64,000 bases of DNA from NCBI GenBank assembly GCA_038142325.1, contig JAYQJW010000002.1:683328-747327 (forward strand), given 5' to 3'. The translations under genes were made by a program, and so were the position numbers. The first letter of the stretch is position 1, and each line of letters starts with the position of its first letter. Of the stretch, positions 36,522 to 49,652 are shown one piece after another. The DNA comes from Gammaproteobacteria bacterium. GTDB taxonomy: Bacteria > Pseudomonadota > Gammaproteobacteria > GCA-002705445 > GCA-002716945. The notes beneath the pieces were generated by a model. The model had not been told where the DNA came from. It saw only the letters and a list, made by a program, of their open reading frames with translations, and ran no database searches.

Positions 36522-37590
36522 TAGTCTATACTCTTTGGATAAGACCCTAGTATCTGAAAATATCTTGCTTTTGATGCTATTCTGTTCAAAGCATCAGATA
36601 TTTTTTTGTCATTAATATGACCAGAGATATCTACTATGAAAAGGTATTCCCAATTTTTATCTTTTGTAGGTATGGATTCAATTTTAGTCATAGAAATCTT
36701 GCTTTTAGCTAATATTTCAAGTGAACTGGATAGAGCTCCTGCTTTATTATCCAAAGACATGACAAAGGTTGTTTTGTCATTTCCTGATTTATCTACATCA
36801 GTGTTACCAATGATTAAAAAGCGAGTTGTATTATTGTGTATATCATGAATATTTTCAGCATTTAATTTTTAGATTATAAATTTTTGAACAGACTCTACTA
36901 CCAATGCATGCTGAATTTTTATATTTTTTAACAAGCAAAGCAGCTTGGGCATTACTATCAGAAGAAATATATTGTGCATTTGGTAAATTTTTTGATAACC
37001 ATGAATCACACTGAGAGAGAGTTTGGTTATGAGCATATACTTTGTTGATTTTACTTAATGATGATGTATTTGACATTAAACAATGTTTTATTGCTATATT
37101 CTGTTCACCACATATATTAATTTGATACTTAATTAGAAAATCAAGTGTCTTTTTTATACTTCCCTGATTAGAGTTTTCAACAGGCACAACACCATAGTCA
37201 CTAATATTGTTTTTAATATCATTAAAGACATCGAAAATAGTATTTTTACTATTCTTTATTACACTTTTACCAAAAAATTTATTTGTAGCAATCTCACTGT
37301 AAGTTCCCTCTGGTCCAAGATATGAAACATTTAGTTTAGTCTCCAAGGATAAACATGAAGAAATTATTTCTCTATAAATCGTAGTAACATGTTTAGATGT
37401 GAGGGGGCCATTATTAAGCTGTCGAAGCTTACGAATTATCTGTGACTCTCTTTCTGGTCTAAATATAGTTTTATTAGTTGATGATTGTTTATGTTTTGCA
37501 ACATTTTTAGCAATTTCTGCACGTTGATTTAGGATTTCCAGTATTTTTCTTATCCAATCTATCTATCTTATTTCGAAATTTTTTTAGCAT
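36521..37590 (-). CDS. pheA: Chorismate mutase / prephenate dehydratase (P-protein), apparent frameshifts
   Basis: Mutase domain MLKKFRNKID...FRPERESQII; YLGPEGTYS, VPVENSNQG, NTTRF, ACT domain MTKIESIP...WEYLF...LGSYP. Confidence 0.92.
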
Positions 37591-37592
37591 TT

Positions 37593-40118
37593 TTAGTTAT
37601 CTATATGTTCAGATGATATTGTTGTGATTTTCTCGTCGTCAGACATATCTTGCAGTCTAACTCCTTGAGTATTTCTATTTATTGTACTCATATCAGATGC
37701 TGAGATTTTAATAGTTTTCCTTTGTTTGTTATAAGTATAATAAAATCATTTTCATTTACATTTACTGAACCAACAACATTGCCGTTACGTTCTGAAGTTT
37801 TAATAGATATAACACCTTGTCCTCCTCTATTTTGAGCGTTGTATGAATCTATTGATACCTTGTTGCCAAATCCGTTCTCAGTAACAAATATCAACTGGCT
37901 ATTTTTGACATTAATTGATGATATCAGTTTATGTTGTTGATTGAATTTGATGCCTAAAACTCCTTGAGTGCCTCTGGATCTCTCTCTTATTTGCGTTTCT
38001 TCAAATAGTATTGATTTTCCTGAGGATGATGTTAACAAAATATTGTCTGAGCCACTTGTATGAATCGCATTAAATAAATAATCATCCTCTTTTAAAAGAA
38101 TAGCTTTAAGACCACTGTTTCTAACTTTCTTAAATGATGATAAAGACAATCTGTTAACCATACCATTTCTGGTGGTTAAAAATAAAAATCCTTCCTGATC
38201 AAAACTTTTTATAGCAACAATTGCTGATATAGTCTCATCAGAATCTAGTGGCAGAATATTATTAATAGATTTTCCTCGAGCCTGTCTGCTATTGTCTGGA
38301 ATGTCAAAAACTCGAATTGAAAAAGCCTTACCTTTTGTTGAAAAACATAAAATAGTATCATGGGTATGAGCACAAACTAATAATTTAGCTTTATCGCCTT
38401 CTTTAAAGTTAGCTGCATTAACTCCTCTTCCGCCTCGTTTCTGACTTTTGAATTCGCTATTGGGCATACGTTTTACATAATTTGCTTCAGTGAGTACAAC
38501 TATCACGTCTTCCTTTTTAATCATGTCTTCACGATTTAAAAGCCCTTCATCTTGAGAGATAGTTGATAATCGACTTTCACCATATTCGCTTTTAATATCA
38601 TCTAGCTCATCAAGCATGAGTTTATCCAACTCTGCAGTATTCGAGAGTATATTTAAAAATTTTTCAATAGATTTGATTGCATCATTGTAATCGTTGAGAA
38701 TAGAATCCTGTTCTAAATTGGTAAGTTTATTTAACTTCATATCAAGAATAGCTTGAGCTTGATCTTGACTTATCTTGTATGCCTCATTAATTAGTCCTAC
38801 TGAATCATCTATAGATATAAACTGTGAACATTCATTCATTAACTTAGATAAGTTCCACGACATGTTTGATGTCGACCATGATTTATTGATAATTTTATTT
38901 CTAGCCTCTTCTGTAGATTTTGATGTTTTGATAAGTTCTATCATCTCATCTATATTTTTCAAAGCTACGCTAAGTCCTTCAAGTAGGTGACCTTTTGTAT
39001 AAGTTTTATTTAATAGATAAAGCGTTCTTCTTGTTATTACTTCTCTTCTATGTTTAATAAATTCTGATAACGCCCTTGGAATGTTAATTGTGCATGGTTC
39101 TCCATCAACTAGACAAACCATGTTCGCAGAGAACGAAGTTTGTAAATTAGTCTGTTTATAAAGACTGCTTAAAATCACATCAGATTGTTCACCTTTTTAA
39201 GTTCTATAACGACACGCATACCATCGCGGTCTGATTCATCTCTTAAATGGCTAATTCCAGATACTTTTTTTCTTTTACTAGAGTTGCAATAGATTCAATA
39301 AGTTTAGCTTTATTAACCTGATATGGAAGTTCTGTAATTATGATTGATGTTTTATCCTTTTTTTCTTCAAGTTTATGTTTTGCTCTAATTTTAAATGATC
39401 CTCTACCTGTTTTAATCATTTCATATATGCCACCGTTATCTTTAATTTCGGCTCCAGTTGGAAAATCTGGTCCAGTAAACCAAGATTGCTCAATGAAACG
39501 ATCTATTTCTTCATCTGAGGCAAGTGAAGGGTCTTTGATTAAAACTTTTACAGAGTCAATAATTTCATTTAAGTTATGTGGCGGAATATTTGTAGCCATA
39601 CCAACAGCAATCCCTGAAGCTCCATTTATTAGAAGATTGGGTAATCGCGTTGGAAGAACTGTAGGTTCATTTTCAGAACCATCATAGTTTGGATTAAAAT
39701 CTACTGTATTCTTATCAATGTCAGAGAGAAGTTCATGAGAAAGTTTAGACATTCTTACTTCTGTATATCTCATTGCCGCAGGTGAGTCTCCATCAACTGA
39801 ACCAAAATTACCTTGGCCATCAACCAGTGGATAACGCATGGAAAAAGGCTGTGCTAGTCTTACTATAGTATCGTAGACTGCAGTATCTCCGTGAGGGTGA
39901 TATTTACCAATTACATCGCCAACTATTCTTGCTGATTTTTTATAAGCCTTGTTATGCCCGTTATTCAGTTCGTGCATTGAATAAAGCACACGCCTATGAA
40001 CAGGTTTTAGACCATCTCTCACATCTGGAAGTGCCCTACCAACAATAACAGACATGGCATACTCGATGTAGGAATGACGCATCTCATCATCAAGCTTAAT
40101 CTGTGAAATTTCAGACAT
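37593..40118 (-). CDS. gyrA: DNA gyrase subunit A, apparent frameshifts near 39270, 39195 and 37710
   Basis: [24 protein letters not shown], catalytic AAMRYTE, GyrA-box QKRGGRG, C-terminal pinwheel repeats. Confidence 0.97.
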
Positions 40119-40211
40119 TAAAAAAGGTTTGTAAGTGCCATATTTATCGACTTATTTTAGCATAAATTAGTCTTATAAACGATATAAATTAACTGTGTAA
40201 AAGTATAGAAT

Positions 40212-41295
40212 TTGAAGATGATTATCTTGTCTCCCAAATGGATATATCTTGATAATAAAAGTTTAGCTAGTGATAGATCAATTCTTGTTGACGGTGGAAA
40301 AATTGTAAATGTACTTAGTGAAAATGATATTAATAAGAATTTTAATCGAGTGAAACGTATATACTATAAAAACCATATCATGATGCCCTCATTCACAGAT
40401 ACATATATCAATTTCGATGATTGCACCAGCATGTTTCAATATGAGCAGAAAATAAAAAATATTTTACATAATGGTGTTACTAAGATACAAATCGTTACAA
40501 AAGATTATAAAAAGTTATTAAAGCTTAAGCATGATGATTATATGGATATAAGCTTCATGATTACACTTGATGGCTGCAAAGTGTACTCAGACTGATATTA
40601 ATAATATGATCAAAACTCTTGATTTTTATAAATCAAATCCTAATCAATTATTTAATATCAATATCATAAATATTTTAAAGTTTGATAATCAGATAATTGA
40701 GAAAGTAGCTTCAATAGCGAATGAAATACAGTTTAATATACATATACATCTCAATGACCTAACACGTTTAACTAATAAAGAAATAGAGACTAAGATTAAA
40801 TACTTCGATGATATTAATATTTTAAATAATTGCGCTGTCCATGATGCAATCATGAATAGAGATTACGTTTTTGAACATTTTAATAAAAAGAATACATCAA
40901 TATGTGTAAAGTATTGTGAGTTAAATACTTTTGAGAATATAAATTACTTTATATCTCTAATTAAGGATGGATATAATTGTATTTTAATATCTGATAAAGA
41001 GAAATCTTTTAGATTTTATGACTTAATTAAAATTACAGATATTCTGAGTAGAAATACCGAAACATTTGATGCAAATAAAATTATAAATTGTGTTACAGAG
41101 AATACTGAAAGATATCTATCAAATTCATCTCATAAAAATATTTTAAATAAAGGCGCAACTGCATCATTTAATCTTTATGATCAATCGAAAAAGCTTTTGT
41201 TAAATAATCAATATAAACCTAAATTAGTCTATATTGACAATGAAAGCTTAACTAATGTATGGTCGAATGGTAAAGAAGTATATGGAAAATATTAA
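40212..41295 (+). CDS. Degenerate amidohydrolase-superfamily protein in the MtaD / TRZ-ATZ position, apparent frameshift near 40585
   Basis: N-terminal ILSPKWI...ILVDGGKIVNV...HIMMPSFTDT, internal IHIHLND, C-terminal GATASF...VWSNGK; divergent from gyrA and upstream of ubiG, as mtaD is. Confidence 0.65.
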
Positions 41296-41972
41296 AAAAA
41301 AATAATCAAGAAGAACATTTTGATCAGTATGCATATGATTGGTGGAACAAAACTGGTCATTATAAAATATTACATAAACTTAATCCTCTAAGATTAGAAT
41401 ACATAACATCGCGTTGCGAAGTAAAAGATAAAAAAATATTAGATATTGGTTGTGGAGGAGGACTCTTAGCAGAAGAGCTTTGTAAAAAAGGTGCATCTGT
41501 TACTGGGCTTGATTCATCTGAAAAGTCTATAAAGATAGCCAAAAAACATGCTGAAGAAAATAAATTAGATATTAACTATATACACGGATCAATATTAAGT
41601 TTAAAAGATGTACAATCATATGATTGTATAGTTTGCTTTGAAATGATAGAGCACATGAATCATCCAAGTAAAATTGTAGATAAAATATTTGATATCTCAA
41701 AAGAAAAGGCGGATATATTTTTCTCAACTATAAATCGTAATTTAAAGTCATTTATATTTGCTAAAATATTCGCAGAGTATGTACTAGGTATTGTTCCTAA
41801 AGGAACTCATCAATATGCTAAATTTATTTCTCCTTATGAACTTAGTACAATGTTAGAAAAAAAATCTATTAAAACAAAAAAGATTGATGGTATATTTTTT
41901 AACCCTTTGAATGAATCATTTAAATTATCAAGTGATATAGATATTAACTACTTTTTATATGCAGAAAAATAA
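41282..41972 (+). CDS. ubiG: Ubiquinone biosynthesis O-methyltransferase, apparent frameshift in the A9 run at the 5' end
   Basis: HFDQYAYDWWNKTGHYKILHKLNPLRLEYI, LDIGCGGGLLAE, CFEMIEH, FSTINRNLKS, PKGTHQY. Confidence 0.93.
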
Positions 41973-42636
41973 CCTTGATATTAAGTCTGTTCTATTTGAT
42001 TTAGATGGAACTTTAGCTGATACATCTATAGATATGTGTAACTCGCTCAATCGAGTATTAGAAACTAGAAATCTTAAACAAGTCAATTGCTCTGACTTAA
42101 AAAATATATTTCTAGAGGCGCTGTAGGTATTATTGAGTATGCATCAATTGTCAATGATAGAGAAATAGACTCATCTTTACTTAGAGCTGAATTTCTTGAA
42201 GATTACAAACATAACTGTTTCATAGAAACTAAACTCAATATGAATATTCAAGATCTTCTTAATTTTCTTGTTGAGAAAAATATTAAGGTTGGCATAGTTA
42301 CAAACAAGCACTCTAGGTATGTTGATAAAATAATAGAAGGTCTTGGTATATCAAAAATTTTAAGTTGCGTTGTGACAGGTGATATGGTGTTACATGCAAA
42401 ACCTGCTTGTGATGGTCTTTTGAAGGCATCTGAACTTATAAATTGTTCTAACGAGAATACTATATATGTAGGTGATGATGAGCGAGACATTATTGCTGGC
42501 AAAGATGCTGGAATGACAACAGTAGCTGCAAATTTTGGTTTTATACATCATGATATGAATATTAATTCATGGAGAGGCAGACTTAATCATAGACGATCCT
42601 ATGGAGCTTAGAGACTACCTAATCAATAAATACTAG
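41959..42636 (+). CDS. gph: HAD phosphatase (phosphoglycolate / MurNAc-6P phosphatase type), two apparent frameshifts
   Basis: VLFDLDGTLADT, GIVTNK, KPACD, YVGDDERDIIAG; follows ubiG. Confidence 0.85.
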
Positions 42637-43080
42637 AGTTCCAACATCAACCTGATTAAAAAGTTCCACAATATCTTCATCACACATTCTTATACAACCA
42701 TGTGATTTTGAAAGCCCCAGTTTATCTTTATGCGGAGTACCATGAATATAGATATATCTCTTGTAAGAGTCAACGTTATCATTTTGATTGAAACCATTTT
42801 CAAGTCCCCCTAATCTAATTATTCTTGTTGTAATATAATCCTCATCATCACTAGGGATGTAGTCAATAATTTTGTTTGTAGGTCTTCTATGCTTAAATAG
42901 AGTACCAGGTGCTAATCCTTCACCTATTTTAGAAGTAATTGTATGCAAGCCTATCGGCGTCTGAAATGAGCCTTCTCTGCAGCCCATACCGTTGCATGAT
43001 GTGGAGATTTTGCTCTCAAATTGAATGGAATTTTGTTTTAATAAATATAAAGTTTGATTAGACGAATTAATGAAAATCAT
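42619..43080 (-). CDS. L,D-transpeptidase (YkuD domain)
   Basis: SFQTPIG, RYIYIHGT, SHGCIRM with the catalytic Cys. Confidence 0.9.
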   Translation of the reverse strand: MIFINSSNQTLYLLKQNSIQFESKISTSCNGMGCREGSFQTPIGLHTITSKIGEGLAPGTLFKHRRPTNKIIDYIPSDDEDYITTRIIRLGGLENGFNQNDNVDSYKRYIYIHGTPHKDKLGLSKSHGCIRMCDEDIVELFNQVDVGTLVFID

Positions 43081-43094
43081 AAGTTATAATGTAG

Positions 43095-44606
43095 TTAATA
43101 TACAATTACTTCATCAAATGAATCACTTGTTTGTGCATTTTTTCTTTTTTCTGAATCGTTTCTTAGAGCGTCTAATTCTATTAAGTAATTTTCATCAACA
43201 TCACCCGTTACATATTTGCCATCAAAACATGATGAGTCAAAATTAGAGACATTTTTACTGTTACTCTTAACCGATTCAATCAAATCGCTTAGATCTTGAT
43301 AAAATAACTTGTCACATCCTATAAATTTAGCTATTTCATCAATAGATCTATTGTCTGCAATAAACTCTTTACTTGCAGGCATGTCAATGCCATAAACATT
43401 GGGAAATTTGACTGGAGGGGCAGCAGAAGCCATATATACTTTTTTAGCGCCTGCCTCTCTTGCCATTTCAACAATTTGTTTTGATGTTGTTCCTCTGACG
43501 ATTGAATCATCTACAAGAAGGACATTTTTATTTTCAAATTCAGAATTAATAGCATTTAATTTTCTTTTGACAGATTTAGATCTTTCATTTTGCTCTGACA
43601 TTATGAATGTACGACCAATATATCTATTCTTAATAAAACCTTCTCTAAAAGGAATTTTTAATTCTGTAGAGAGTTCTAATGCTGAAATTCTACTTGTATC
43701 TGGAATAGGAATAACAACATCAATATCATGTTTAGGAAAATTTTTTATAATATTATTCGCAAGAAATTTTCCCATTGCCATTCTAGCTTTATATACAGAA
43801 ATTCCATCTATGATTGAATCAGGTCTAGCAAAATAGACATATTCGAAGATACAAGGAGTATGATTATTAATTTCAGAGCATTGTCTTGTGTGAACATCAC
43901 CATTTAAATCCACAAAGATTGCCTCGCCTGGATTTAAATCACGCTCTAATTTAAAGCCGGATGAATCTAATGCTACAGATTCTGAGGCAATCATAGTTTC
44001 AGTTTTACCCTCGTTTTTACGAGTACCATAACATAATGGTCTTATTCCATATGGATCTCTAAATGCAACAATGCCTCTATCCGTAATAAGAGAAACAACA
44101 GCATATGCGCCTTTAACTCTTCTATGAACACCTGCTACAGCATAAAAAATACTGTCAGGTGTAAAAGCCTCTTTGCTGTGCAAGTAAAGTTCATGTGCAA
44201 AAATGTTTAATAAAATTTCAGAATCAGATTTTGTATTAATGTGCCTTAAATCTTCTTTAAATAAATCAGATTTTAACTTATCGGAATTAATTAAATTACC
44301 GTTATGAGCTAAAGCAATTCCATACGGAGAATTGACATAGAAAGGTTGAGCTTCAGATGAATTTTCAGCATGACCTGCTGTCGGATAGCGGACATGACCT
44401 ATGCCAATTGGGCCCTTTAATCTTTCAATATGTTTTTTTGAAAAACCATCTCTTACAAGGCCAAGTGATTTTCTAAGGGTTATTTTACCATTACTGTTTG
44501 TTAAGATCCCGGAGGCATCCTGACCACGATGTTGAAGTACAGTAAGAGATTCATAAATATCATGAATAACATCTTGATTACCTGATACAGCTACTATGCC
44601 ACACAT
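43095..44606 (-). CDS. purF: Amidophosphoribosyltransferase
   Basis: MCGI, LQHRGQDA, GHVRYPTAG, CIFEYVYFARPDS, LVDDSIVRGTT; intact. Confidence 0.98.
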   Translation of the reverse strand: MCGIVAVSGNQDVIHDIYESLTVLQHRGQDASGILTNSNGKITLRKSLGLVRDGFSKKHIERLKGPIGIGHVRYPTAGHAENSSEAQPFYVNSPYGIALAHNGNLINSDKLKSDLFKEDLRHINTKSDSEILLNIFAHELYLHSKEAFTPDSIFYAVAGVHRRVKGAYAVVSLITDRGIVAFRDPYGIRPLCYGTRKNEGKTETMIASESVALDSSGFKLERDLNPGEAIFVDLNGDVHTRQCSEINNHTPCIFEYVYFARPDSIIDGISVYKARMAMGKFLANNIIKNFPKHDIDVVIPIPDTSRISALELSTELKIPFREGFIKNRYIGRTFIMSEQNERSKSVKRKLNAINSEFENKNVLLVDDSIVRGTTSKQIVEMAREAGAKKVYMASAAPPVKFPNVYGIDMPASKEFIADNRSIDEIAKFIGCDKLFYQDLSDLIESVKSNSKNVSNFDSSCFDGKYVTGDVDENYLIELDALRNDSEKRKNAQTSDSFDEVIVY

Positions 44607-44621
44607 ATATGCTCATTATAT

Positions 44622-45107
44622 TTATATTTGTAAACTATTAAAGAGAGAATCATCATAATTGGAAATATAATCTATCATTTCAAGATAATACGGTAAAAAA
44701 AATGAACTCTTGAAAATATCTTCTTGAAAGGGCGTATTTATAACTAACAAGATGAAGATGAATATATAAATTTGTGATTTCATCAAAGCCACGATGAATC
44801 CAAACAATCTATTAGATTGTTGAAATACAGTTGCTGCCAATAATTTCCCCAGAGTTACATTTAAAATTAAAATCAATAAGAACGTAGCTATCACCATTGA
44901 TATTATTGTGATGATTCTGATGTAAGTATAATCAATTGATATGTATTCAGAAAATATATCTGTAAAGAACTTCAAGTGAAAGAATAAAATAAATATAAAT
45001 AAAGACCATGAAATAAAAGAAATTAATTGACTGGAAAACCCTCTCATCATACCCATCATGGAATATGCAAGAGCAACAAATAAAAATATATAATCTATCG
45101 TTACCAT
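44622..45107 (-). CDS. cvpA: CvpA family membrane protein
   Basis: IDYIF...GMMRGF...SW, NRLFG, four TMs; directly upstream of purF. Confidence 0.85.
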   Translation of the reverse strand: MVTIDYIFLFVALAYSMMGMMRGFSSQLISFISWSLFIFILFFHLKFFTDIFSEYISIDYTYIRIITIISMVIATFLLILILNVTLGKLLAATVFQQSNRLFGFIVALMKSQIYIFIFILLVINTPFQEDIFKSSFFLPYYLEMIDYISNYDDSLFNSLQI

Positions 45108-45511
45108 TAAAATACGAAACTTGATATTGTATTTTCAATATTATAAATCTTTTTCATTTTTGTTGATTCCTCTCTAGCTTGTGACAGATCAGCAAATGGA
45201 CCTATGATAAAATGTTTTTTATTTTTATTATTTTCAAATGAATAACCACTATTAAGAAGTTTATCCCTAGTTTTATTATAATTTTCTTTATTATATTCAA
45301 CTGTTATTAACCATGCGTTAACTTTTTTGTCGATGATAGTAATATCATCTAGAGACTTCCTGTTAAACACATCCACTTCATTTTTATTGATATAAATTTC
45401 TTCTTGAGAGCTAATGTAGTACTGGCCGTTATTTTCTGTAAAAAAATTAATAAATGAGCCTGTAAAGATATATGAAAATAAAATTATGATTATTATAACT
45501 TTATATGGCAT
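45107..45511 (-). CDS. dedD: SPOR-domain cell division protein (DedD-like)
   Basis: N-terminal TM, AWLITV...LLNSGY...IGPFADLSQA; folC-dedD-cvpA order. Confidence 0.65.
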   Translation of the reverse strand: MPYKVIIIIILFSYIFTGSFINFFTENNGQYYISSQEEIYINKNEVDVFNRKSLDDITIIDKKVNAWLITVEYNKENYNKTRDKLLNSGYSFENNKNKKHFIIGPFADLSQAREESTKMKKIYNIENTISSFVF

Positions 45512-46794
45512 TTTTTTTTGAAGCAGACGATATATCTGCTTGAAGCGCTTCTGAAACCGTATAAAAAGAGCCATATATAAGTAAGAGTGACCCTTTTGTA
45601 TAACTACTCTTTGCAGATAGAAATGCAGATTTAATTGATGAATATGTGTTTATAGACAATGTATTTTTTTGTATTGAATTCATTCGATATTTAATCTCCT
45701 GCGAGTTCATACCTCTTTCGCTATTGATAGTGCCTACGTACCAGTTATTTATTGATGACAAAAATGGACCAACTATGCTATATATATCTTTATCTGATAG
45801 AACACCAAGTACTGCATCAACTTTATCATATCCAAGTTTGTTGATGTTATCTGCTAAACTTTTAGCAGCATCTTCGTTGTGTGCAACATCGAGCAAAATA
45901 TCAGGAGAGCGTGATAGATATTGAAAGCGTCCTGAAATTTTTGTTGATGAAATTGCTTGTTTTACGGAGTTACCATTATTAATCTCTGGTAAAATTGATT
46001 TCAATGCTAGTAAAGAGGCTGCTGCATAATTATATTGATAGTCACCAATCATTTTAAGATTAGGAATATCTTGAACAGTATAATTTTTTGATTTTAATGA
46101 CCAGGTATCTTTATGTTTGATTACAGAATAATCATTATTATGAATCAATAAGTTAACAGATTGATTTTTTGCATATTTCATTAACGCCATAGGTGGATTT
46201 GATTGAGTAAAAATACATTTTTTAAATGGTCTCATTACTCCAGCTTTTTCAAGTGCTATGCTATCAATTGTATTGCCTAAAAATTCAGTATGATCTATTC
46301 CTATGGAGGTTATTATTGATACGTCAGAGTCTACAATATTTGTTGCATCTAATCTTCCGCCTAAGCCAACTTCAAGAACTACAACATCCAAATTTGCCTT
46401 ATTGAAGAGATAAAAAGCTGACAAGGTTGCAAATTCAAAATAAGTTAAAGTTGTGTCTCCTCTAATGTCATCAATCAGACTAAATGCTTCTAACAAAGAC
46501 TGATCATCGATTTCAATTCCATTGATTTTTATTCTTTCGTTGTATCTAAGAATGTGGGGTGATGTAAAGGTACCAACTTTGTAGTTCTCTTTAATAAGAA
46601 CAGACTCTAAAAAAGAAACAGTTGAACCTTTACCATTAGTTCCTGCAACAGTTATGATCTTTTCTAGCAATTTTTGAAACATTAAGTTTTTTGTAAACGC
46701 TTAATATTCTCTCAAGTTTGAAATCTATATTGAGTGGATGAACAGTCTGTTGCCATTCAAGCCATTGATTGACAGTGTCAAATTTTTTTGCCAT
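45501..46794 (-). CDS. folC: Bifunctional folylpolyglutamate / dihydrofolate synthase, apparent frameshift near 46665
   Basis: [18 protein letters not shown] upstream; [46 protein letters not shown]. Confidence 0.94.
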
Positions 46795-47644
46795 CAGCAA
46801 AACCAAGTATTTGAAGAATTGAGGCTATTTTATCAGGTTGACTCTTACGTTCAACTATCATGTCTATCGTGCCATGTTCTTGAAGGAATTCACTACGCTG
46901 GAAACCTTTTGGTAATTTTTCCCTGACTGTTTGTTCTATCACGCGTGGTCCAGCAAAACCTATCAGAGCATTTGGTTCTGCAATATTGATATCCCCTAAC
47001 ACAGCCAAGCTTGCTGACACTCCTCCCATGGTTGGGTCGGTTAAAACAGATATATATGGAATACCCTCATCAGATAATCTAGCCAATGCAGCACTAGTTT
47101 TTGACATTTGAAATAAAGAGAACAAAGACTCTTGCATTCTTGCTCCACCACTTGCAGAAAAACAGATCAGAGGACGTCTCTGTTCTATAGATAAATTAAC
47201 AGCTCTGCAGAATTTTTCTCCAACAACGGATCCCATTGAACCTCCAAAAAAAGAATATTCAAAAACACAAGTAACCACTGGTATTGATTTCAATGATCCA
47301 GTAAAAACCAAAAGAGCGTCTTTTTCACCTGTTTTCTCTTGTGTTTGTTTGAATTTATCTTGATATTTTTGTTTATCTTTAAACTTAAGCATATCTTTTG
47401 GTGACAAATTGTTGAACATTTCAGTCACGTTGTCTTTGTCTAGAAAAATACTTATTCTTTTCCTTGCTGAAATTCGCTCATGATGATTGCATTTGGGGCA
47501 AACATGATTATTTTTATCAAATTCTGCAGCGTATAAAACTGCGCCACAATTAGAACATTTATGCCATAGCCCTTCAGGTACTGATCCTTTTTCGTCTTTG
47601 GTTGCCCTTATTCGAGACGGCAATATTTTATCTAACCCGCTCAC
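46778..47644 (-). CDS. accD: Acetyl-CoA carboxylase carboxyltransferase beta subunit
   Basis: [11 protein letters not shown]...[34 protein letters not shown]. Confidence 0.97.
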   Translation of the reverse strand: MSGLDKILPSRIRATKDEKGSVPEGLWHKCSNCGAVLYAAEFDKNNHVCPKCNHHERISARKRISIFLDKDNVTEMFNNLSPKDMLKFKDKQKYQDKFKQTQEKTGEKDALLVFTGSLKSIPVVTCVFEYSFFGGSMGSVVGEKFCRAVNLSIEQRRPLICFSASGGARMQESLFSLFQMSKTSAALARLSDEGIPYISVLTDPTMGGVSASLAVLGDINIAEPNALIGFAGPRVIEQTVREKLPKGFQRSEFLQEHGTIDMIVERKSQPDKIASILQILGFADGKKI

Positions 47645-48450
47645 TATATTGCTTTGGACACAGATTTAAGAAATGAGGATAACTTACTATTCATGATTTT
47701 TTTATTATGCGAATATTTATGTATTAATTCTACTATAGAACTACCTATTATAATACCATCTGAAAAAGCTGCCATTTTACGTGCAGATTGCGCATCTTTA
47801 ATTCCAAACCCAACTGCTACAGGAAGAGATTCTCTAGAAAATCCTTTAATTTTATTAACATTTTTTTTAATGCTACTTAGATTTGAAATTTTTGACCCCG
47901 TAATTCCTTTGATAGTCACGTAATAAACATAACCTGAAGACATTGCAGTGATACTTTTCATTCTGCTGTCAGTAGTAGTTGGTGAAGCTAGATAAATATG
48001 TGATTTTTTATACTTATTGAGATATTTGTTTAAATGTTGTGATTCTTCAGGTGGCGAATCAACTACCAAGACACCATCAACATCTATATCATTTATATAT
48101 TTTGTGAACTTAGGGATACCCATTTTATGAATTGGGTTCATATAGCCCATTAATACAACAGCAGTTTCACGATTTTTTTTTCTAAATTCTTTGACGACAG
48201 ACATTACATCCATCAAAGATATATTTTTTTTAAGAGCTCGATCAATGCTTCTTTGAATTGTAGGTCCATCTGCAATAGGATCTGTAAATGGTATACCTAG
48301 TTCTATTATATCTACACCTGAACTTGCCATAGTATGCATTGCAGATAACGTATAGTCTTTTGATGGATCGCCGCAAACTAAATAACTTATAAATGTTTTT
48401 TTATGATTACTTTTGTTATCTTTAAATATTTGTGAAATACGAGAAGTCAT
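47644..48450 (-). CDS. trpA: Tryptophan synthase alpha chain
   Basis: [37 protein letters not shown]. Confidence 0.97.
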   Translation of the reverse strand: MTSRISQIFKDNKSNHKKTFISYLVCGDPSKDYTLSAMHTMASSGVDIIELGIPFTDPIADGPTIQRSIDRALKKNISLMDVMSVVKEFRKKNRETAVVLMGYMNPIHKMGIPKFTKYINDIDVDGVLVVDSPPEESQHLNKYLNKYKKSHIYLASPTTTDSRMKSITAMSSGYVYYVTIKGITGSKISNLSSIKKNVNKIKGFSRESLPVAVGFGIKDAQSARKMAAFSDGIIIGSSIVELIHKYSHNKKIMNSKLSSFLKSVSKAI

Positions 48451-49652
48451 AAATTAATGTTTTTTAATTTTGCAATTGTATCTATATCTTTGTCACCACG
48501 TCCAGATAGATTAAGTAAAAGTTTTTTATTTTTAAGTTTTCTTGCTAATTTAAATGCATAGGCAAGTGCATGAGCGGTTTCAAGCGCCGGTATGATACCC
48601 TCTTTTTGTGTAAGCATAAAAAATGCATCTAACGCCTCTTTATCTGTTACAGCAGTATACTCAACTCTTTTCATATCCTTTAGCCAAGAATGTTCAGGTC
48701 CTACTCCTGGGTAATCTAAGCCTGCGGATATGGAATGTGTATTTTTGATTTGACCATTTTTATCTTCCATTACATATGTTTTATTTCCATGAAGAATACC
48801 TGGCGTACCAGCGCTTAGTGGTGCAGCGTGCTTACCAGATTTAAGTCCAGAGCCTCCAGCTTCTACACCAACAATTTTAATTTTATCATTTAGAAAAGGA
48901 TGAAATAGTCCAATAGCATTAGAACCTCCACCTACGCAGGCAATGAGATAATCAGGTAAACATTTATAATCTTTTTTAAATTGATCTCTGGCTTCATGCC
49001 CAATCACGGATTGAAAATCTCTTACAATCATAGGATAAGGATGGGGTCCTGCAACAGAACCAATGATGTAGTGTGTGTCATCAACATTTGTTACCCAATC
49101 TCTAAGTGCTTCATTAAGTGCATCTTTAAGTGTCTTTGTTCCAGAGTCTACAGAAATAACCTCAGCTCCAAGGAGTTTCATTCTATAAACATTAACTGAC
49201 TGTCTTTTTATATCTTCTTCTCCCATATACACTACACATTTAAGATTCAGTCTTGCGCAAGCTGTAGCAGTTGCTACACCATGTTGACCAGCACCAGTCT
49301 CAGCTATTATTCTTGTCTTTCCCATTTTTTTTGCGAGCATGGCCTGACCTAGTGCATTATTTATTTTATGTGCGCCAGTATGATTTAAATCCTCTCTTTT
49401 TAAATAGATATGAGAGCTACCTAAATATTTACTCAAAGACTCAGCATAATAAATAGGCGTTGGCCGTCCAACATAATCTTTTAATTCATTATTAAGTTTT
49501 CTTTTGAATGATGCTGAGGTTGCAATTTTCTTATATGCCTTAAAAAGCTCTTCTAAAGGGTGAATAAGAGTTTCTGAAACATAAACTCCACCAAATTCAT
49601 CAAAATGTCCTGTTTTGCTGGGATAATTCTTTAGATTAATTTTACTTTTCAT
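48447..49652 (-). CDS. trpB: Tryptophan synthase beta chain
   Basis: [59 protein letters not shown]. Confidence 0.98.
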   Translation of the reverse strand: MKSKINLKNYPSKTGHFDEFGGVYVSETLIHPLEELFKAYKKIATSASFKRKLNNELKDYVGRPTPIYYAESLSKYLGSSHIYLKREDLNHTGAHKINNALGQAMLAKKMGKTRIIAETGAGQHGVATATACARLNLKCVVYMGEEDIKRQSVNVYRMKLLGAEVISVDSGTKTLKDALNEALRDWVTNVDDTHYIIGSVAGPHPYPMIVRDFQSVIGHEARDQFKKDYKCLPDYLIACVGGGSNAIGLFHPFLNDKIKIVGVEAGGSGLKSGKHAAPLSAGTPGILHGNKTYVMEDKNGQIKNTHSISAGLDYPGVGPEHSWLKDMKRVEYTAVTDKEALDAFFMLTQKEGIIPALETAHALAYAFKLARKLKNKKLLLNLSGRGDKDIDTIAKLKNINL

